A stretch of DNA of 64,000 nucleotides from Camelus dromedarius. Its lineage: Eukaryota. The stretch spans positions 58,096,001-58,160,000 of the forward strand of contig NC_087436.1 of the NCBI RefSeq assembly GCF_036321535.1, read 5' to 3'. How positions within the stretch are numbered: position 1 is the first letter of the stretch; every line of letters starts with the position of its first letter. Position numbers and translations under genes: made by a program. This document shows, one piece after another, positions 25,445 through 37,821 of this stretch. The notes beneath the pieces were generated by a model, which was not told the DNA's origin, searched no databases, and saw nothing but the letters and a program-made list of their open reading frames with translations.

Positions 25445-27369
25445 CTATTGTGAGCCAACAGGCAAAAATTAGACCACCTGGTGTGTGAATGCCAGAGGAC
25501 AAAATACTTTTTGCTTTTTCAGAAAACTCAGTAGAAGGTGTAACGCAGAATAAGTCTGTCAAAGTAAAGGATTAGTTTCCCAAACATGTGTGGCTGGTCA
25601 GAGGAGCAAAACAGAACAAATCCAAAAGCCAAACTTTGCTAAATCTTTATTGACTTGTCTTGTTTCCTTTCTCAAATAGTCACATAAAAATAGGCATTTC
25701 TTCTGCCCTTAACATACACTGCCATTCCTCTGTGAGAACAGCTAAAGAAAAATGGGTCAGTACACGGAGATGCCCAATTGTGAGTTCAGCATCAGGATGT
25801 TTATCTGAAGTTGACTGATCTCATTAGATCCCGAAGAGTATTAGATAGAAAAATCTTTAAGAGATAGTTCCTTTTCACCTCATGCTCACATACACAAAGA
25901 ACAACAAGCCTTAGTGCACAACTATACTAACGTTATTTCAGTTGCAATATTTTGGATGGTAGCAGGTTTCTAAACAGTTTCCACCTCCCTAGACAGAGAC
26001 ATCTGACCTCACAGAGTGCTCAAAGAGTGGGCAAGGGATGGAAAGGTTACTGAATTCTACCTGAAAGAATGCATCACTTCTAAACTAGATCACTGCTAAA
26101 GCAATTACTTTTTCTATTTTTTTCCCATTTCTTATCACAGCAGAGTCGAATTTAGCTCCCTATCTGAAGTCTGCCAGTTCTACCGCTGGAAAAGAGCCAA
26201 TCACAGACTAACATTCAGTCACCTATGAAGTTGTAAAGCCTATTTTGGCTTGTCATTCAGTAATCATTTTTTTAAAAATGTTTTGCCATATTTTCTTTTT
26301 AAAACTTGTCCTTAATATTTAGATATTCAATAAATTACAAATTCAACAAATAGTTGATCTATTTAATCTATTCTATTCAAAATATTTAAAAGTTACTGCA
26401 CAAATCCCCTCCCTCTTTCAAAACTCCCAAATGTGCACGCACACGCGCGCGTGCACATGCACACACACAGCACTATTTTTTTAAATCTGTTTGTATAACA
26501 GCAGTGTCTCCAGATTGCTTTCCATTTGTGCTCTCACACTGTCACAGACTCATAAGACTGATATGTTATCAGAGAAAAAGTACATCAAATTCAAACACAC
26601 ACACTCACAAACACAAACACACACACACAACATTGAGTAATTGAGTTGTTTGAAATGAATGTGTTTCTTCCTGGAAAAATATTTCTATTTATATATAAAA
26701 TCTCTTATCACTCCCAGATTAGAAAAGAAAGTCATTCACTTTATCTTTATAGTTGATTCATATAGGCCTAGAATAAGTGACAGAATAAAAAAGTAAATGT
26801 TGCACATTTCATTCACATATGATATCTCCTTTCGTGTTCTTCAGAGGTTTGATTAATTCATCATACTTCAATTTGCAAATGAAATGATTTTGATTTGGGT
26901 AACTGTCAAGGAAAGAAACATGATCATACAGTCTGTAATGTGTTCTATTACCTAAAAAACTAACTGTGTGAATTCTAGGCAATATATCATTCATATTTCT
27001 CCCTTTAGGCCACATATGAGCTGCAATTTTTCTTAACCATAAAGCTATGCACTAATCCTGAATTTGATAAAGAAGTTTAAATAAAACTTTCTTATGCACA
27101 CAAAATGTAGAGGGAAAAAAGGAAAAAAGAAAAAGAAAAAGAAATATCTGTTAATTTTCATGTACTAAAATTAGTTATAGCCATCACACATATATTTATG
27201 TTAGACTTCCAGGTTTTAAACAGGAAAATAGTATAGATGTAGTCTTTCCAAAATCTTAGTTATCCTTTTCCTGCTTTTACATAACAGATTATACTCACTA
27301 ACATATAGCTATATTTTAAACAGAAAAAAAGCAATCAACTTAAAAGCATATTAAAAACCATCTATTACA

Positions 27370-27760
27370 AATTTACAAAAATGCAAATTAAAACCATACT
27401 GGCATGATTGTACCTATCAAATTGGCAAAAATACAAATAAAATGATAGGCAGTATTTATCTAAAAGGGTATTGTAAAATATACGTTATCACTGAAAGTAG
27501 ATGTATTAGTCACTACATTTTTTTTGCAAAAAATGTATTGAGTCATGCATATATATTTATACATTAACTCAGCAATTTCACTCTTAGGAAACAATTTTAA
27601 GGAAATTCCCCTAAACAGAGAGACATGCTTAATTTATGACACACTTATATGGTGTAATGCTGTTGGGACATTTAAAAACACGTTTTAGAAGCATGTTTGA
27701 TGGCATGGTAAAATAGCGATAATATAATGTTAAATGATTTTTTTACAAAAGGTAATTAAA
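27370..27760 (+). mobile_element. Ancient L1M fragment (ORF2 end/3'UTR)
   Basis: 'aaatgcaaattaaaacca...acctatcaaattggcaaaaat...ctcagcaatttcactcttagga'. Confidence 0.6.
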
Positions 27761-27937
27761 CTGAACAAAGAGCATGAGCTTCATTTTATTATCACACTAG
27801 AGATAATCAACCAAAAACATAGCTCATCAGATAAAACTGCAAGAGCTTACTGATAAATATGATGTGGAAGACAGCCTTTCTAATTCATCCTTTTTAATGC
27901 TAGTAAGATTTTGGAAATTTTGCTTATTGACTACATT

Positions 27938-27969
27938 ACACACACACACACACATACACACACACACAC
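27938..27969. repeat. (CA)n microsatellite
   Basis: Directly visible, one interruption. Confidence 0.9.
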
Positions 27970-28739
27970 CCTATAAGATATCAGGCTATATATATGTTCA
28001 TTAAGCAGTTTTTCATTACTTCAAATCTCTTCTCAGAAAGTAGACATTTGTCCATGCTAAGTTATCTTACAGTTAAATCATGAGGTACATTCAGTAGTTG
28101 AAAAAACTGTAAATCTGAGACTTTGTAAGTTCACTTTTTGATAATAAAAATCCTTTCATAATGTAACTTTACTATTCCGTAGGCAATATTCATGTTACTT
28201 CTCTACAAAATGAGAAACTAACAATTCTGATTTTGTATCAGCCATTGTTATACACTGTATGATTTCTAGGGAAGGAAAAGCAATTCCTACTCTGTTAAAA
28301 ATTACATCTTTAATAAATTTTTACTATATCTTTAAAAAATATTTATTTCATATTAGTACACAGAAACTTATAAATATCAGGCTTACATGTAGAAACCACA
28401 AATGCCGACAAGAGGATGAGATTCGTTTTAATTTTTGTGTTTTGTTTGTATAGTTCCCACAGTATTTGCAACTACTAGCTGAAGTTTAATGCCTGTGTGC
28501 ACTTTGACTCATGTTACTAGAGTGTGAAACTATTAATCACAGAAAACACCTAATTTTCTGCTACATCATTCTCAAACATCTTTTTCTGCAATTGAATACC
28601 TATTGAAAAAATTAAAATATCACAATTATATGAGGTAATACTTTCAGAAACTATTGACATATTTAGATGTCTCTAAATCTATCTCTCAAGTTCAGGGCAT
28701 TTGAGCTATTCTATTTTTCAGTGAAACAGTGATTCACTA

Positions 28740-28925
28740 GGCAATGGTTTTCATGTTATAGTTCCCAGATCAGCAGTACTGGAAGCTTTACAGAAATGCA
28801 AATTACTGGGCTCCATACAGACCTGTTGTATCAAAAGTTATGGGACATGACCCAGAAACCTGTCCTTTAGGTGATTCTGCAGGTCTTTTATGTGACTCTG
28901 ATGAAAGCTAACTTTTGAGAACCTT
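28740..28925 (-). mobile_element. MER5-like hAT-Charlie MITE
   Basis: 'cagaaatgcaaattactgggctcca...ggtgattctg...acttttgagaacc'. Confidence 0.7.
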
Positions 28926-29099
28926 AGGTCTTAAGATATAGAAAGTTGTAGGATTTCCTATGTCCAACTTATGTGTGGTCTTTCCTTTGCAGATAGTAGT
29001 TTATGTTTTAGAGATGAGAGGGTATTCAGTGTTGGATACAACTAGCTAAAATCAATATTATTGAGTCCTATTTAGTAGAATTGGCATAATAGTATACAC

Positions 29100-29174
29100 A
29101 AAGCACTTTATAATCAAATCGGGTTAAAAAAAATCAAATCAAAGCAATTTATAATCAAATAGGGTTAAAAAAAT
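29100..29174. repeat. Imperfect ~42-bp tandem duplication
   Basis: aaagcactttataatcaaatcgggttaaaaaaaat / aaagcaatttataatcaaatagggttaaaaaaat. Confidence 0.85.
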
Positions 29175-30834
29175 ACAGCTTAAATAATACAGCTGTCTCT
29201 AGATTTCCTCTTTGGAAAGAAAGTATTTAAGAAAACACTTATTTAAACTACTTAAAAAGAAGGTGAAATCCTGATATTCAGGATTTATTCAGAAAGAGAC
29301 AAGGAAAAAAGACAGATAAAATAATCTGTATAAAAATATAAAGAAAACTTAGGCTATGGGATAGAGGAAAGAGGAATGGATAATAAGAATGTAGACTGAT
29401 AAAAATAGATGATCACATAATAGAAAAAATACTCAAATAACTTTTGGGAAAAATATATGTTGAGATAACAATAAATTGCTAGAAGGACCTTCCATCTTCC
29501 AAAGCTTCAGTAAAATCTATTCATATACTCAAAAGCCATGTGTCAGTGAATTGTATTAAGAAAACTTTTGATTGAAGAAGATATAATTATTTGTCTCCCC
29601 TCTGAGAGACCTAAACTACGATAGCAAAGGTATTTTTAAAAGCTATAAGCCATGAAAAATGAAGAGAACAAGTGGTAGGTCATCAGCAAACTACACATTT
29701 CAACAAATTTCTAGAAGGCAGGTGAAGGGTTGACTCATAAAGCACAGGGCAAGTAGTTGCAGACAAAAATATTTATGGAGAGGACTGAAGTTAAGGAGGC
29801 ACGAATCTTCCCTAAAATACTCTTCAGAGGGTTGGGAGGCAGACTTGAATCAAAGATGGAAGGCAGTAAAAAGGCTGAAAACAAGATGATCAACTGAAAA
29901 TATTCCCATCAACTGCACTCCTCCACCATCCTAAATAGAATTAATGGCAGTCAGTTCAGATCCTCTCTTTCAAAACAAAATCTAAAACAAAGGATCCTTT
30001 CTTTAAAAATAGTCTGGGATAATTTTCATATATTGTTCATATATGCAAGGACTCAAACTGTATCTCTCACGCATAATTATATAGGAAATTACAGGAGAAT
30101 GGATATCAACAATTGAGTAATATTCAAAAAGATGTTGAATGAATGAATGACATAACAGGAAAAGTTAAACTCTAATTTCAAGTTTAGACATCAGAAAAAT
30201 TTTCAACTATTCCCCACTGACAGTGAAATTGAAGTTTCAATCTAAACAAAAGCAATTATTCACAGGTTTAATATAGTCTATGAAAAGAGAAGCAAATATG
30301 ATGTCTTTTAAAGAGAAATTGTTTAGGTACTTGAATCCCATGTGTAAGTGTTTTATAATCAATGCATTAGTAGCTTGAAATTGACAGTAACCTCCAAGGA
30401 TTAGATTTTGTATGTTTTAAATTCTGATTAATTCAGTGACTCCTAGAAAAAGCATATTGATTTACAATTAAAACAACTGTCAAAGCTCATGCACTGATAC
30501 AGATTAAAAAATCCAATGGATTATAATATATCAGAAAGATTGACAATATTCCTCCCACTACTCTTGCAACCAAATAGCTAGAATGAGTATTATACTGTGT
30601 TTTAGCCTTCTCAATTTAAAAGACATGGGGAAATAGAACTAGTAGGGGATACTGGAAAAGTATTTATTTCCCTTATGAAAAATAATCCAAAGGTATTTAA
30701 AATGGACTTAATGGAAAAGAAAGATTACTTATAACAATCTTTTGAAATTCCTGGGAAACAAAAACCAGAAAAATTGAAAACAAAGAAGATTTAGGTTATC
30801 AGTAAAACAACAACAAAACTCCCAATAAAAAAGA

Positions 30835-32655
30835 ACTTATGCATCCTCCCAAAATACTAGTAAAGCAAATCCAGCAGCACATTAAAAGGGCTATTTACCA
30901 TGACCATTTCCCCAGCAATGCAAGGCTTGTTCAATATACAAAAATCAATCAATGTAATTAATATACTACATTAATTAAATGAAGAAAAATAGAATTTCTT
31001 TTAAGCTGTTGCTAAAAAAGCATTTAACAAAAATATAACGTTTCAACATAAAAACACATAGAAATCCAAGACTGGAAGGGAAGTTCCACAGCATGATAAA
31101 GCACAGTTATGAAAAACTCACTTAATGGTGAAAACTGAACGCTTTTTATTTAGAAGAGGAATAAGACAAAGTTGTCCAGTTTTGACACTGTAATTAACAA
31201 TGTACTAGAAGTACTAGGTAGAGTAATTAGGCTAGAAGGAGAAATAAAGGGCATCAAATTGGAAAGGAAAAATTAAAACTACCTGTATTCAGAAATGACA
31301 TGACACTCTACAAAAAAATTATAAAAAATCCCACCAAAATTATTAGAGCTGATAAACAGAGTCAGGAAGCTTCAGGGTGCAAGATCAAAACAAAAATCAA
31401 TTTTCATTCTACACACCTGTAATGAACAATCCAAAAAGTAAATTAAGAAAAAAACTGCATTCATAAGAGCACGGGAAAAAAAGCCACTAAGGAATAAATT
31501 TCACCAAAGCGGTACAAAACTTACACAGTGAAAATTATAAAATATTGCAGAAGGAAATTAAATAGGATCTAATAAATGGAAATACATCCCACGTTCATGG
31601 ATTGAAAGAATTAATATAGTTAATGTGGCAATACTACCAAAGGCAATCTAGAGACACAACACAATCCCTATCAAAACCCCAACTGCTCTTTTGCAAAAAT
31701 GTAAAAGCTGACCATAAAATTTATATGGAATGCAAGAGACCCCAAAGCAAAAGAATCTTTTTTGTCCGTTTGTTTGCCTATTTATTTTAATGGAGGTACT
31801 GGGGATTGAACCCAGGACTCTGTGCATGCTAAACATGTGCTCTATCACTGAGCTATGCACTCCCCCACAAAAGAATCTTGAAAAAAAGAATAGGAATACC
31901 CACAATTCCAGATTTCAAAACTTATTACAAACTACCAGCATTCGAGACAATGTGATACTGGCATAAGGATAAGCACAGGGATCAACAGAATACAATTGAG
32001 AGTCCAAAAATAAACCCAAGAGTCTATGGTCAAGTGATTTTCAACAAGGTTCCAAGACCATTCGATAAGGGCAAGACTTTAACAAATGGTGCTAGCACAA
32101 TTGGATATCCACAATGAAAAGAATGAAGTTGGACACCTACTTCACACCATTTAAAAATTAACTTATAACCAAAAGAAGATCTATATATAAGCATTAAGAC
32201 CATAAAATGTTTAGAAGAAAACACAGGGGAAATCTTCATGACCTTGGATTTGGTAATAGTTTCTCAGATATGATACCAAAAGCACAAGGAACAAAATGAA
32301 AATAGGTTAAGTTGGATTATATCAAAATTAAAATATTTTGTGTATCAAAAGACACTATCAAGGAAGTGAAAGACAACTCACAGAATGAAAGAAAAATATT
32401 TCCAAATCATATATCTGATAAGGGTCTTCTATGCAGAATATATAAAGAACCCTTGCAACTCAACAACAAAGAGACAAATAATTTAAAAATGGGCAAAGGA
32501 CTTGAGTAGACATTTCTCCAAATGAGATGTACAAGTGATAAACAAACACATGAAAAGATTCTCAACATCACTAGTCATTAAGGAAATGTAAATTAAAACA
32601 ACATGAAATGCCACTTCACATCCTCAATGATGGCTGTAATAAAAAACAAAACACA
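30835..32655 (+). mobile_element. Old L1 (L1M/L1MB-like) ORF2 fragment, RT to C-terminus
   Basis: 'aaatccagcagcacattaaaa', 'aataaatggaaatacatcccacgttcatggattg'; ORF 32312-32509 'KIFPNHISDKGLLCRIYKE' is L1 ORF2-like. Confidence 0.9.
31760..31867 (-). mobile_element. tRNA-Ala-derived SINE (camelid Vic-1-like) inserted in L1, 12-bp TSD
   Basis: Minus strand ggagtgcatagctcagtgatagagcacatgtttagcatgcacagagtcctgggttcaatccccagtacctcca (A box, B box GGTTCAATCC); TSD CAAAAGAATCTT at 31748-31759 and 31868-31879. Confidence 0.9.
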
Positions 32656-32779
32656 CATATGTTTGGCTAAGTTTCAATGAAGAACGAGGATGAAACAATG
32701 CATCTTCAGAGGTTTATGTATAATCATGACCAGAAGCAGAAAAATGGTTAAGGTAGTATCCTTAAAAACCTGATAATTT

Positions 32780-32990
32780 TCCAAACCTATAGGATGGAAC
32801 CCTAATGTAAACTGTAGACTTTGGGTGATTATGTGTCATTGTAAGTTCACCAATTTTAACAATGTATCAACAAATGTTGATAATGTGGGAGGCTATTCAT
32901 ATGGGGGAACAGGTCTGTTCCCTAGAAATCTCTGTCCCTTCTGCTTAATTTTCCTGTGAATCTAAAACTGCTCTAAAAAATAAAGTATAT
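32780..32990 (+). mobile_element. L1MC1/2-like 3' end
   Basis: 'aaccctaatgtaaactgtagactttgggtgatta...tgtgaatctaaaactgctctaaaaaataaagt'. Confidence 0.8.
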
Positions 32991-34509
32991 ATACACTTAA
33001 AATTTCATAATTAAAACTCTTATAATACTATGAAATTAAGACAGAATTAAATTTTTGAATGAACTAAACTTTCAAATAGCAAACAAAAACCCTACAAAGT
33101 CAGCTTTGAAGTTTGCTAGAAAAAGAGTAACCTCAGAAAGGTTAGAAATCATTGTCAAATACTAATCGGTAGTTTCATGTAAACTTTTCTACAGTGGGAA
33201 AATTTGTTGCTGATCCTTTTTTGGGGACCTTTTTTTCATGTTACAAATATCTGAAAATAAAAGAAACAAACAAACAAAAAGACCCTTAATTCTCATATCA
33301 TGAAACAAGCAACATAATTAATGGCATGACTCATAAACAAATCTCAGATGATGCTTTAGTGTAAAATATTTCTATTTTTAAGCTATTCAACCATTTAATC
33401 AATCTGTAAGTAAATGAGGCCTCACTTAGTTATTAATTACTTGAACTACTATGAAAACAGAACATAATGGTGTCAAAATGTTTCATGATGATTTATTTGT
33501 AAAGATCATAAAAGCCACAATCAGAAAAAAGTAGAAAATTCATCTTATAACTTAAAAAGTGTATTTCCTTTGTATAACATATTTCAATACAAATATTTTC
33601 TTCCAGTAGATCTCATGGTTAAGTTTCTAAAATAGAAAAAAGCATTTCAAGCTTCAAGACCGTTTTTCAAAAAATAAAATTTCTATCTACTCAGTATTTA
33701 CAAATATTAAAAGAAAAATTTAAACTTGCTGTATAAACATACAGCCATCATTTTTAAAAAAGTGTGTCTAACTGCATTAGGTTCTGTATGTACCAGACAG
33801 TGCTTCTTTAACATTATTAATCATTGTCCTCCTAATTTTAGAGCTATCTCCCTTTCACATACAAAGTCAATCTAAAATGATATACAGTCTATTTCTGAGG
33901 GAATATTGGCCTTTTAAAGCATAACCAAAAATAAAAATACTTAGGAAATGTCAAGATAGAGGAAGGAAAAATTTTTCAATTTGTATTTGCTTGTGTTGGT
34001 ACCCAATAGACCAAAGCATTCTAAATTTTAGCCAGAAGTTTGGTAGTTTAAAAGAGACCAGGTGGAGGAAAATGTTACGGCGCTACTATGAAGCTTTCTA
34101 ATAAATAGAAAGAGGGTTGGAAAATTGCAGTTATACAGCCTCAACTCTATGTTCCAGTCTCATGGCAAACTTAATCATTCTTTAAGCATTCAAAGCATTA
34201 TTTTATCCAGAAAGCTGAATTTTTTAAGTCTTTATAGAGAACCTGTCAACTTCTTGGAAATAGTTTCAGTGTATAACCCAATATTCAAATATATTTCTCT
34301 GGTCTTTGTACAGTTTTAAAAGCACAGAATTTTAAATAATTTTCTCAGTAGAACTGATTTAACCAATAAGAAATACTGATTACAACATCATTTTTTTTTA
34401 CAATATTAAATAAATCAGTGGTCAATGTACATTCTACATCGAGCTTCTCATAATACGTTATGCAAAAATTATGTCAGATTTCAACTGAAACACTTTTTTG
34501 AAAAAAGTT

Positions 34510-34930
34510 TGCCCGCTTTATTGATGTATAATTGGCAAATAAAAATGATGTATATTTAATGTGTACAATGATATTTTAATATATGTATACACTGTGAAAT
34601 GACTACCACTATGAAGCTAGGTAACAAATTCATTACCTTACAGTTACAAGTTTTGTGTGTGTGTGTTGAAAACACTCACCCTTTGACCAACATCTCCCAA
34701 TTTCTCCTACTCTCCATTCCCTGGCAATCACTGTTCTATTCTCTGCTTATGAGTTCAACTATTTTAGACTGCATAAATATAAGTAAAATCATGCAGTATA
34801 TGTCTTTCTATGTCTGGCTTATTTCACTCAGCATAATGTTCTCCAGGTTAATCCACAGTATTACAAATGATAAGATTTCCCTCTTTTTTAAGGCTGAATT
34901 ATATAGACATACATATACATACATATATAC

Positions 34931-34963
<33 letters not shown>

Positions 34964-35455
34964 TCTCACATTTTCTTTATCCATTCATCTGTTGATGGAC
35001 ACAGGCTTTTTCCTTATCTTGACTATTGTGAATAATGCTATAATAAACAAGGGAGTACAGGTATTTCTTTGAGATCCTAATACCATTTCCTTTGGGTATA
35101 TACCTAGAAGTGAAATTGATGGATCATAGGGTAGTTTCACTTTTAATTTTTTTAAAGAACCCCTTTCCATAATGGCCGCCAAATTATATCCCCAACAATA
35201 GGGCACAAGCATTCCATTTTTTTCAACATCCTTGCCAACATTTGATATCTTTGGACTTTTTTATAATAGCCATCTCAACAGGTGTGAGGTGATATCTCAT
35301 TGTGGTTTTGATTTGCATTTCTCTGATGATTAGTTATGTTGTAACACCTTTTCATATGCCTACTGGCCATCTGTATGTCTTCTTTGGAAATTTCTTTCAG
35401 GTCCTTTGCCCAACTTTAAATCAAGTTATTTGTTTTCTTGCTATTGAGTTGTACA
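34510..35455 (-). mobile_element. L1 (L1MA8/9-like) ORF2 C-terminus and 3'UTR
   Basis: Minus ORF 34985-35212 'KLKVKLPYDPSISLLGIYPKE...TCTPLFIIALFTI' is the L1 ORF2 C-terminus; internal (TA)(CA) microsatellite ~34905-34965. Confidence 0.9.
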
Positions 35456-35949
35456 AAATACTTTTAAGAATATATGTTCACAGTAATCTGATTATGAGAT
35501 AAAATGTGAAGGAAGATACATACACACACATACAATCACAGTTGAAGGGATGACTCATAAAAGCTTTTTGTGTATTAGGTGTTGCAGAAGTGAAAAACAA
35601 AAAATGCTGAAAGGGTAATGTAATAAGGAATTTTACTGACTGTCTAAATAGTAAGTCATGACTTTATAGTCTGGTTTGATTTCTTTTAATTTGACACATA
35701 ACAATAATAAAGAAGTACAAAAGCAAACTAAATCTAAGTCTCCTCTAATCCTTTATTTATAACAAGGCAAACATATAAGTTAAATAAAATCAAGCAATCA
35801 AATGATTATGTTTTACAAAATACTTTACATTTAATAGTAAATTATGATTGAAGATGGAAATGTTGGAGTAGGAAGCAGATGTGTAAGCCAACAGGTGCTG
35901 CAAAGTGCTGTACCATGCTGGGAAAAATCTTTAAACTTTGAGAAATAAA

Positions 35950-36140
35950 ATAAAGTGGTGAAAAGTAACAGAGCTTTGGGTGCAGATAGGCTGGGGTATG
36001 AATCTTTGTCCTTTCTGGCTATGTGATTTTTTAGTCAGTCATTTACTTTTTGTGACTTCCAGCGTTCTCATTTATGTGAAAGTCATGAAAATTAAATACT
36101 AGAATTCATTTGAAAATATCTGATGACAGACCTTTAATAG
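35950..36140 (+). mobile_element. MIR SINE, degenerate
   Basis: 'cagagctttgggtgcagataggctggggtatgaatc...tggctatgtgattttt'. Confidence 0.55.
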
Positions 36141-37270
36141 GTATTTTCTTCTTTCTTTGGTGGGGTGGCTGGGGCAGGGATGGAAGGATGAGGAATTCTC
36201 CAGATACTCAACAAAATTATTGAGTTAAACAAGAAAAAAAGTTTATTTCAAATTTAAGATACTATGATTCTGTAAAACCCAGACTTAAGTAAAAAGCAAC
36301 TTATATTTAACAGATATTTATAAAGCAACTTGTATGTACCAAATACTTCATATATATCAAATACTTCATCAAATATGAAGAAAGGAAGTAAGAAAATAAG
36401 TATCCAAAGAATGTTTATCAATCTTCATTCAAGTCAAAAACTTTTTAGACCAAGAGTATGAAGTGACAGTTAATATTCATTCTACAGTAATGTTAATAAT
36501 ATTACTTTAATAAAAGAAAAGTGTTGTTTAAAGCTGATATTCCTATAGATTCTTTAAAGATTAAAGCTTCATACAGAGTAAGCTTTTTCTCTGTTTCTAA
36601 TGAGTAAAGAAATAGATACATTGATCACATTGATTTGATATTCAAAATTAAACTTAAGCAAAACAAGTAGGTTTCAGTACAATGCCTAATGCAGGAGGAA
36701 CAATTTAACTTGGACTTTTTGTAGAGGGGGTGGTGAATTTCACTGGTTTATTGCTATTTCTAGATGGTAAAAATTGAAGCATTACCATTACTATGTATTG
36801 TCAACGATGATTCTCAAGAATTAACTGCCTCAACTACTTTGCATTTTGAATGTCCACAAAAACCTTAAGAGAATTTTGTAAATCACAAAATTATTAAAAA
36901 CTTTACTTGCTTGAAATGGAAGTAATTTCTTCCTTTTACTTGTTTTGTTTACTGTTTTCATTTTAGTGTGAAACTGGAAGAATGATCAGACCTTTAGTTC
37001 AATGGCTAATTAACTACTAAAGCTAAATATCGCTTTCCAATTCTCTGCCACAAATACCATTCCTTTAATTAAATCACAAGGATCTATCTCAAGTAAACGT
37101 TAGACAGAAGAATTTACATAAATTCAATAAAGGCAAGAAAATTTAGAAATATATGAAACTGCAGAACATAGGCCCAGCATACTTTCTCCAAACTCTGCAC
37201 TAACTTTTATTTCTTTGTATTTAATTCTTCATGTATGAGAACCTAAAACATGCATGAGAAACATACTTAC

Positions 37271-37320
37271 CAGATCTCTCAGATTATTTCTGAGTTGACC
37301 ACATTCTCTTAAAAATTCAC
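37271..37320 (-). other. Candidate 50-nt internal exon, unidentified gene
   Basis: Minus strand gtttttgatgtttatag|GTGAA...GATCTG|gtaagt; one open frame EFLRECGQLRNNLRDL; no homology recognised. Confidence 0.3.
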
Positions 37321-37584
37321 CTATAAACATCAAAAACTGACTTAAAATTTTCTAAATCAAAGATTATATAATTGTACTGATTCATGCATATAATTCAAAC
37401 CTTTTTTTTTTTAATAATTCTTAGGTAAATTGCCATTTTTAGTTCCATTTTGCTAAAGTGATTGGCCTAAGTAGCTCTAGTTGGTTTGAATTGATGGGGC
37501 TAGTAAAATAGGTGATCTTCAAGCTGCACTTGCATTGGTTCTGCTAAGAAACAATGCTCTGTGGGTCTCACATTTCTGCTTGGC

Positions 37585-37648
37585 TTTTTTTTTTTTTTTT
37601 TTAATGGAGGTTCTGGGGATTGAACACAGGACCTCATGCATGCTAAAC
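37585..37648 (-). mobile_element. 5'-truncated Vic-1-like SINE with A18 tail
   Basis: Minus strand gtttagcatgcatgaggtcctgtgttcaatccccagaacctccatt + A18. Confidence 0.85.
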
Positions 37649-37713
37649 TCTGAATTAATGTTTGTTCTTTTTTTTTTTTTTTTTTACCTTTTCTTAAAAT
37701 GAAGGATATGCCC

Positions 37714-37821
37714 TTTTGGGGGGGGGGGATTAGGTTTATTTATTTATCTTTAATGGAGGTCAAACCCAGGACCTCATGCATACTAAACATGCACTCTACT
37801 ACTAAGCTATACCATTCCCCC
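37714..37821 (-). mobile_element. Vic-1-like SINE, 5'-complete, small deletion in the B-box region
   Basis: Minus strand gggggaatggtatagcttagtagtagagtgcatgtttagtatgcatgaggtcctgggtttgacctccattaaagataaataaataaacctaat + C-run + A. Confidence 0.85.

Noticed and set aside
26809..27015. 68-aa minus ORF containing an acceptor-like 'ttttttag'
   Set aside because: Short pyrimidine tract and no recognisable homology.
31790..31866. tRNA-Ala gene
   Set aside because: Degenerate stems, an A-rich tail and a TSD show it is a SINE.
34599..35072. Longest ORF in the track (157 aa)
   Set aside because: Antisense frame of an L1 3'UTR that runs through a microsatellite.
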